The notes under the pieces were generated by a model. It made no database searches. It worked only from the letters and a program-made list of their open reading frames with translations, and was not told the DNA's origin. The translations under genes were made by a program, and so were the position numbers. This document shows positions 18,649 to 24,000 of a stretch of DNA of 24,000 nt, one piece after another (position 1 is the stretch's first letter; each line of letters starts with the position of its first letter). The stretch is from positions 5,600-29,599 of the forward strand of contig CBIHOW010000046.1 of NCBI GenBank assembly GCA_966211695.1, given 5' to 3'. This DNA is from an uncultured Massilia sp. Lineage in GTDB: Bacteria > Pseudomonadota > Gammaproteobacteria > Burkholderiales > Burkholderiaceae_D.

Positions 18649-18813
18649 AGTGATGGGCTCCGTGTTGTGAATGGAGGAAATCGGGCCGGGGCTGGCCCGG
18701 AATATCGCCCAGCGATAGGCGATCGAGACGGTCCAATCTTCGGCTTGCGTATTTTTGAAACTACGTGGTATCGTAAATAAAGAATTTAGATACTGTCAAG
18801 GACTATAATTTTC

Positions 18814-19467
18814 GTGACCAAAAAAAACAGTCAGACCCGGCGGGGCCGCCCCGCCAACGAGGCGCTTGGCCAAACCATAGTCGACGCTGCGTCCGAACTC
18901 TTTGTGGAACTGGGTTTTCAAGCGACGACATTGGACAAGGTCGCCCAGCGAGCGAAGATATCCAAGCTCAGCATCTATCGGCATTTCGAGAGCAAGGAGG
19001 CGCTGTTCAGCGCGGCTATCGCGGCCGGCTGCCAACAGTTGTTTGCACCACAGACTCTTCTTGAAGGCGTCGACGGTTCGGTTGAAGATCAACTGATGGC
19101 GGTCGGATCATTACTGCTTCGCACGCTGTTGAGACCAGACGTCCGCAGTGTCGAAGCCATGGTCATGGCCGACAAGACGAATCAGAAGTCGTTAAGCAAG
19201 CTCCATTACGAAGCCGGGCCCGCCCATGTCATCGCCCAGGTCGAGGCCTTGTTGCGTCAGTTGCACGCAAAGGCGCTTCTGAACGTGACCGATCCTCTCC
19301 TGTCCGCTCGCTTGTTTGCCGCGCTTTTCAAAGGATCCGATCTTCTGGTTATCGCACGTTTCGATGAGGCGAGAGCAGAGGACGACAACGAAATCGAATC
19401 CTATTGCCGGTCGGCCGTCGCCATGTTCATCGCCGCGCACGGTGGCAACGGCCACGCGGGCAGATAA
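18814..19467 (+). CDS. TetR/AcrR-family transcriptional regulator
   Basis: HTH region RRGRPANEALGQTIVDAASELFVELGFQATTLDKVAQRAKISKLSIYRHFESKEALF. GTG start. Divergent from the flavoprotein gene. Confidence 0.85.
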   Translation: MTKKNSQTRRGRPANEALGQTIVDAASELFVELGFQATTLDKVAQRAKISKLSIYRHFESKEALFSAAIAAGCQQLFAPQTLLEGVDGSVEDQLMAVGSLLLRTLLRPDVRSVEAMVMADKTNQKSLSKLHYEAGPAHVIAQVEALLRQLHAKALLNVTDPLLSARLFAALFKGSDLLVIARFDEARAEDDNEIESYCRSAVAMFIAAHGGNGHAGR

Positions 19468-19550
19468 GCATTTGATTGCTGCAGACAGCTTGGCTTGGGA
19501 CGTCTACCGACGCAAACTGAGGAGTAGCGCAGGCAGATCGTTTTACCTGG

Positions 19551-19841
19551 TCAATCCCGCCGCAACCGGGACTTCACCCGCATGAGCACATCCGCAAACC
19601 GCTGCTCGACCGGCTGGCCGGGCCGCCTGAGCCAGGCGTCGATGGCAGGCTGGCGATAAAAATTCGGCGCCGTCGCTTCGTAGTGGAGGAAGCGGGCGAT
19701 GGCGCCGGCGTCCGTGAACCCCAGGTCCACGGCATGCGCATGGGCGCGCTCGAGGCGGTCCGGCAGGCTGGCGTCGTGGGCCAGTTCCGGGTGGATGTCG
19801 ATGATGTGCTGGCGGATGTCTGAGAGTGGGTTGTCGGTCAT
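19551..19841 (-). CDS. Hypothetical protein (96 aa)
   Basis: Strong GAGGAG RBS 6 nt upstream of the ATG and host-like codon bias. I do not recognise a family. Confidence 0.55.
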   Translation of the reverse strand: MTDNPLSDIRQHIIDIHPELAHDASLPDRLERAHAHAVDLGFTDAGAIARFLHYEATAPNFYRQPAIDAWLRRPGQPVEQRFADVLMRVKSRLRRD

Positions 19842-19961
19842 GATGGCTCCTCGGTCGACTCGCCATTGTTCCTGTCACGCTCACGGTATCCGTTGCGTCA
19901 ACTCAGCTGGTTATCGAATACACTATTCCCGCGACACATTCCCAACCTGAAAGGAGACGGT

Positions 19962-20492
19962 ATGACCATCAAATCGCTCATCGCACTCGCATGCGCACTG
20001 TCCGCCGCCGCGGGCGCCTACGCCGCCGACCAGCTGCAAGCGTCGATGACGCTCGTGGGCCCGGACGGCACCGGCAAGCCGATCGGCCGCGTGACGATCA
20101 CCGAATCGAAGAGCGGTCTCGTGTTCACGCCGAACCTGACGAACCTGCCGCCGGGATCCCACGGCTACCACGTGCACGAAATGGCGAGCTGCGGCACGAG
20201 CGAGAAGGATGGCAAGAAGGTCCCGGCCGGCGCGGCCGGCGGTCACTTCGACCCGACCGGCGCCAGGCACCATGCCGGCCCGTCCGGCGACGGTCACCTG
20301 GGCGACCTGCCGCCGCTCGTCGTGGCGGACAATGGCGGGGCCAGCACGGCCGTGACGGCGCCGCGCCTGACGAAGTTGTCCGAAGTGAAGGGCAAGGCGC
20401 TGATGATCCACGCCGGCGGCGACAATTTCGCCGACCAGCCGAAACCGCTGGGCGGTGGGGGCGAACGCATCGCCTGCGGCGTCATCCAGTAA
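19962..20492 (+). CDS. sodC: Periplasmic Cu/Zn superoxide dismutase
   Basis: AAGGAGA RBS at 19951-19957. Signal peptide MTIKSLIALACALSAAAGAYA. Metal-ligand motifs GYHVHE, GGHFDP, GDLPPL and ALMIHAGGDN, ending RIACGVI. The part of the track ORF upstream of 19962 is an extension. Confidence 0.92.
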   Translation: MTIKSLIALACALSAAAGAYAADQLQASMTLVGPDGTGKPIGRVTITESKSGLVFTPNLTNLPPGSHGYHVHEMASCGTSEKDGKKVPAGAAGGHFDPTGARHHAGPSGDGHLGDLPPLVVADNGGASTAVTAPRLTKLSEVKGKALMIHAGGDNFADQPKPLGGGGERIACGVIQ

Positions 20493-20495
20493 GCG

Positions 20496-20972
20496 TTACA
20501 ACCCCAGGTCCGACAGCCCGGGGTGATCGTCCGGCCGCCGGCCCAGCGGCCAATGGAATTTGCGTTCGGATGCCTGGATCGGCATGTCGTTCAGGCACGC
20601 ATAGCGCCGCTGCATGAGGCCGTTCTCGTCGAATTCCCAGTTCTCGTTGCCGAACGTACGGAACCAGTTGCCGGAATCGTCGTGCCATTCGTAGGCGTAG
20701 CGCACGGCGATGCGGTTCCCTTCGAAGGCCCACAACTCCTTGATCAGGCGGTAGTCCAGTTCCTTCTTCCATTTGCGGTCCAGGAACGGGACGATCTGCT
20801 CGCGGCCGGTGACGAATTCCGCGCGGTTGCGCCAATAGCTGTCCGGCGTGTAGGCCAGTGCGACTTTTTCCGGGTTGCGGCTGTTCCACCCGTCTTCCGC
20901 CAGGCGGACTTTCTGGATGGCCGTTTCACGCGTGAACGGGGGGAGTGGCGGACGGGGTTCGATCGTGGGCAT
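20496..20972 (-). CDS. DUF1348 / NTF2-like (SnoaL-fold) family protein
   Basis: 158 aa from the internal Met with an AAGGAG RBS. Sequence [43 protein letters not shown]...[23 protein letters not shown] matches my recollection of DUF1348. The 393 aa track ORF is an extension running antisense to the TetR gene. Confidence 0.8.
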   Translation of the reverse strand: MPTIEPRPPLPPFTRETAIQKVRLAEDGWNSRNPEKVALAYTPDSYWRNRAEFVTGREQIVPFLDRKWKKELDYRLIKELWAFEGNRIAVRYAYEWHDDSGNWFRTFGNENWEFDENGLMQRRYACLNDMPIQASERKFHWPLGRRPDDHPGLSDLGL

Positions 20973-20994
20973 AAAGGCTCCTTGTAGAGGTGAG

Positions 20995-21011
20995 GTAGAC
21001 AGGTCTGTATC
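20995..21011. promoter_or_regulatory. Copy 1 of a 17 bp repeated motif gtagacaggtctgtatc (putative TetR operator)
   Basis: An exact second copy lies at 21058-21074. It contains the short dyad agac-ag-gtct and sits in the divergent DUF1348/TetR intergenic region. Confidence 0.5.
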
Positions 21012-21052
21012 GTAAGCGAAACGCGCTTGAAGTGGCCCATCCATCCAGCTAG

Positions 21053-21081
21053 TTGATGTAGACAGGTCTGTATCATATAAT
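21053..21081 (+). promoter_or_regulatory. Putative sigma70 promoter of the TetR gene, with operator copy 2 (21058-21074) in its spacer
   Basis: -35 TTGATG (21053-21058), a 17 bp spacer, and -10 TATAAT (21076-21081), located about 32 nt upstream of the ATG at 21114. Confidence 0.5.
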
Positions 21082-21113
21082 GGAGTCCCGCACTCCGCCC
21101 CGACCTGACGACC

Positions 21114-21674
21114 ATGGCCCAGCCCTCCGCCCGCGACCGCATCCTCGACACGGCAAAACGCCTGTTCTACCGCGACGGTTTCCGCGCCACCGGCATCGAC
21201 CGGATCGTCGCGGAATCCGGCGTGGCGAAGATGTCGCTGTACCGCCATTTCCCATCGAAAGACGATTTGATCGGCGCCTTCCTCGACTGGCGCCACGACC
21301 ACTGGACGTCGTGGTTCACGGCGGCTGTCGACACGAGGCTCGCGCGCGGGGAAGGGCTCGCCGCCGTGGCCGACGTGCTCGGCGAGTGGTTCGCGCAGGA
21401 GGATTTCCGCGGCTGCGCCTTCATCAACGCCGCCGCGGAGACGGGGGCGACGGACGACCCCCGTCACCTGGAACAGGCCGTGCGCCACAAGCGCGACCTG
21501 CAGCGCTATCTCGGCGACGTGGCCACACGGCTGGGCCTGACGACGCCGGACCAGGTGGCGGAAGAAGCGCTGCTGTGCGTGGAAGGCATGATCGTGCGTG
21601 CGCAGATCGACCCGGGGCCCGGGATCGTCGATGCGGGCCGGCGCCTGCTCGCACGGATCGAACGGGGCGCGTAA
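21114..21674 (+). CDS. TetR/AcrR-family transcriptional regulator
   Basis: HTH region [47 protein letters not shown]. Confidence 0.9.
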   Translation: MAQPSARDRILDTAKRLFYRDGFRATGIDRIVAESGVAKMSLYRHFPSKDDLIGAFLDWRHDHWTSWFTAAVDTRLARGEGLAAVADVLGEWFAQEDFRGCAFINAAAETGATDDPRHLEQAVRHKRDLQRYLGDVATRLGLTTPDQVAEEALLCVEGMIVRAQIDPGPGIVDAGRRLLARIERGA

Positions 21675-21785
21675 CATTTTCCCATCCCTTTGTTACAATA
21701 TTTCAACATATGACCACGTTGGGCTCGCGCCGCCTGCTATGATGGGTAGCTGAGCCGCTCCGGCTTGCCTCCGACCACCCACGAT

Positions 21786-24000
21786 ATGCCCTGGCCGTTC
21801 GATCCCGCGTCCCCGGATGACACATCCGCCCGAAAGCCGGGCGACATGGAAGTGCAGATGCGGCGCCACCCGTGGGAGACGACGCCGGTCGGGCCCGTCG
21901 CACACTGGCCGTTCAGCCTGAAACTCGCCGTCCGTACGCTGCTCGATTGCCAGCTGCCGATGTACCTCGCCTGGGGCGACGCGTACACGCAATTCTTTAA
22001 CGATGCCTACGTGCCGATCCTCGGCGCCAAGAAGGACGGGGCGCTGGGCGGCGACGTCCGCGAGACCTGGCCGGAGATCTGGCCGACCATCGGCCCGATG
22101 TGGGCGCGCGTCCTGCAGGGCGAGCCCGTCGGCTCGAGCGACCTCGCCTTGACGATCAACCGCTACGGCTATTTCGAGACCTGCCACTTCGCCTATTCGT
22201 ACAGCCCCGTCTACGGCGACGACGGCCGGCCCGAAGGCGTGCTGGTGACCTTCGTCGAGACGACGGAGACGGTGCTGGCCGAACGCCGCCGCGCCTTCCA
22301 GCTCGAGCTGGCCGACATCCTGCGCCGCGAGACGTCGTCCGGTCCGCTGCTGCGGGCCGCGCTGCGCCAGGTCGGCGCCTACGTCGACGACGCCACCGTG
22401 ACGTATGCCGAGACGCGCCCGGGCATGGATGCAGCCGTGATCCTGGAACAGTGGGAGGGCGGCGCTCGCACGGCGCAGTCGGGGCGCACCGTGCCGCTGG
22501 CGCAGCTGGCGCTCGGACTGCCCGAGCCCCTGTGCGCGGGGGATACCGTGTGGTCGGCGGACAGCGCGGAAGGCAGCAGGGCGGGCATCGCGGTGCCGCT
22601 GATGGACGGCGACCGCCTGGCGGCCGTGCTGGCGCTGCATGCGCCGCTCGACGGGGGCCGCATCGCGGACGAGGTCCGTCTGCTGGAAGACGCCGCGCGC
22701 CGCACGTGGGAAGCGCTGCGCCGCATCCGCGCCGAGGAGGCGCTGCGCGAAGAGACGCGCGTGCTGGAACTGATGAAGAGCGCGACCGAGACGCTGGCGT
22801 CGACCATCGCCCTCGAACCGCTGATGCAGGCCATCACGGATGCCGCCACGCAGCTCGTCGGCGCGGAATTCGGCGCCTTCTTCTACAACGCCAGGGACGA
22901 CAACGGCGACGTCTATTCGCTGTACGCGCTGTCCGGCGCCTCCCGTGCCGCGTTCGAGCGCCTGGGCATGCCGCGCGCCACCGCCGTGTTCGGGCCGACA
23001 TTCCACGGCAGCGCGCCGATCCGCAGCGACGACATCCGCCAGGATCCGCGCTACGGCAAGATGGCGCCGCACCATGGCATGCCCGCGGGGCACCTGCCCG
23101 TCGCGAGCTATCTCGCGGCGTCCGTCGTGTCGCGTTCGGGCGAGGTGATCGGCGGCCTGTTCTTCGGCCATTCGCAACGGGCCATGTTCAGCGAACGCAG
23201 CGAGGAGTTGATCGGCGCCTTCGCCGTGCAGGCCGCGATCGCGATCGACAACGCGCGCCTGTACGACATGGCCCAGCGCGCGGCCGGGGAGCGCGAGCAG
23301 CTGCTGGCCAGCGAGCGCGCGGCGCGCGCCGAGGCCGAGCGCCACAACAAGATGAAGGACGAGTTTCTCGCCATGCTGGCGCACGAACTGCGCAATCCGC
23401 TGGCGCCGATCACGAGCGCGGCCCAGCTCCTGCGCCTGCCGGAAGTGAACGAAGGGCTGCGCCTGAAGGCCAGCAACATCATCTCGCGCCAGGTGCGCCA
23501 CATGACGGAGCTCGTCGACGACCTGCTGGACGTCTCGCGCGTCACGCGCGGCCTGGTGAAACTGGAGAACGAGATCCTCGACCTGAACAAGGTCGCGATG
23601 GCGGCCGTGGAGCAGGCGCGCCCGCACATCGAGGAGCGCCAGCACAGCCTCACGGTGGAGCTGCCGGATGCGCCGGTGCCGGTCGCAGGCGACCGCACGC
23701 GCCTGATCCAGGTGCTCGTCAACCTGCTCAACAACTCGGCCAAGTACACGCCGCCGGGCGGACGCATCGCCCTCGTCGTCACCATCGACGACGGCGCGGC
23801 GCGGGTCGCGGTGCGCGACAACGGCACCGGCATCGACGCGCAATTGCTGCCGCACGTGTTCGACCTGTTCACGCAGGCCGACCGCGCGCCGGACCGCTCG
23901 CAGGGCGGCCTCGGGATCGGCCTCGCGCTCGTGAAAAGCATCGTCCGCATGCACAACGGCCAGGTGGCCGCGCACAGCGCCGGACCGCAGCAGGGCACGA
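21786..24000 (+). CDS. PAS/GAF-domain sensor histidine kinase (3' end outside the window)
   Basis: Absent from the ORF track because it has no stop inside the window. Read by hand in frame 3 from the ATG at 21786. The N-terminal part is PAS-like ([19 protein letters not shown]...). The GAF-like part includes ...[11 protein letters not shown]. The HisKA H-box is [16 protein letters not shown] (around 23355-23400). HATPase boxes are [15 protein letters not shown] and [10 protein letters not shown]. The start codon is uncertain; ATG 21846 is an alternative. Confidence 0.85.
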   Translation, partial: MPWPFDPASPDDTSARKPGDMEVQMRRHPWETTPVGPVAHWPFSLKLAVRTLLDCQLPMYLAWGDAYTQFFNDAYVPILGAKKDGALGGDVRETWPEIWPTIGPMWARVLQGEPVGSSDLALTINRYGYFETCHFAYSYSPVYGDDGRPEGVLVTFVETTETVLAERRRAFQLELADILRRETSSGPLLRAALRQVGAYVDDATVTYAETRPGMDAAVILEQWEGGARTAQSGRTVPLAQLALGLPEPLCAGDTVWSADSAEGSRAGIAVPLMDGDRLAAVLALHAPLDGGRIADEVRLLEDAARRTWEALRRIRAEEALREETRVLELMKSATETLASTIALEPLMQAITDAATQLVGAEFGAFFYNARDDNGDVYSLYALSGASRAAFERLGMPRATAVFGPTFHGSAPIRSDDIRQDPRYGKMAPHHGMPAGHLPVASYLAASVVSRSGEVIGGLFFGHSQRAMFSERSEELIGAFAVQAAIAIDNARLYDMAQRAAGEREQLLASERAARAEAERHNKMKDEFLAMLAHELRNPLAPITSAAQLLRLPEVNEGLRLKASNIISRQVRHMTELVDDLLDVSRVTRGLVKLENEILDLNKVAMAAVEQARPHIEERQHSLTVELPDAPVPVAGDRTRLIQVLVNLLNNSAKYTPPGGRIALVVTIDDGAARVAVRDNGTGIDAQLLPHVFDLFTQADRAPDRSQGGLGIGLALVKSIVRMHNGQVAAHSAGPQQGT

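Noticed and set aside
16797-18780. Plus-strand ORFs of 307, 284 and 277 aa over the methyltransferase and flavoprotein genes
   Set aside because: They are antisense to genes with clear SAM-binding and FAD/NAD-binding motifs. Their translations are Arg/Ala/Gly-rich with no motifs.
20496-21677. 393 aa ORF extending the DUF1348 gene through the TetR gene
   Set aside because: The recognisable family sequence begins at the Met at 20972, which has an AAGGAG RBS. The extension is antisense to the TetR regulator and crosses an obvious intergenic promoter region.
21693-23975. 760 aa minus-strand ORF (and the 296 aa ORF at 23108-23998)
   Set aside because: They are antisense to the plus-strand sensor histidine kinase, whose H, N and G boxes are unambiguous. 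The minus-strand translations are Arg/Ala-rich with no motifs.

Overview
This is a high-GC chromosomal window that looks betaproteobacterial (Burkholderiales/Oxalobacteraceae-like, judged only from the RpoB/RpoC sequences). It opens with the 3' end of rpoB and a complete rpoC. Directly after rpoC there is a ~3.4 kb insertion bracketed by two ~361 bp direct copies of the rpoC 3' end plus its terminator (4541-4899 and 7983-8343). The insertion has two parts. (i) A 1070 bp IS1595-family element with 13 bp terminal inverted repeats and an 8 bp target-site duplication (ttttttat) in the terminator T-tract; its transposase is broken by two compensating frameshifts. (ii) A ~2.0 kb AT-rich cassette with two translationally coupled minus-strand genes: an ABC-type (AAA_15/21, DUF3696-like) ATPase and a small PIN-like nuclease. 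This ATPase plus stand-alone PIN pair is the best candidate here for an undescribed defence or abortive-infection system. It has the sensor-ATPase plus nuclease layout of PARIS, Septu and Gabija, but an effector type I do not know from any named system. Downstream lie a PhyH-family dioxygenase and a unidirectional curli locus (csgE-csgF-csgG, a small CsgB-like curlin, then three tandem ~310 aa curlin paralogs). The remaining genes are ordinary: a Zn-ADH/quinone oxidoreductase with a divergent LysR regulator, an isochorismatase-family hydrolase, a SAM methyltransferase, a thioredoxin-reductase-like flavoprotein with a divergent TetR regulator, a 96 aa hypothetical, periplasmic Cu/Zn SodC, a DUF1348 protein with a divergent TetR regulator, and a 3'-truncated PAS/GAF sensor histidine kinase. 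No tRNA, rRNA or CRISPR array was seen. Several very long ORFs in the supplied track are antisense or extension artefacts typical of high-GC DNA.
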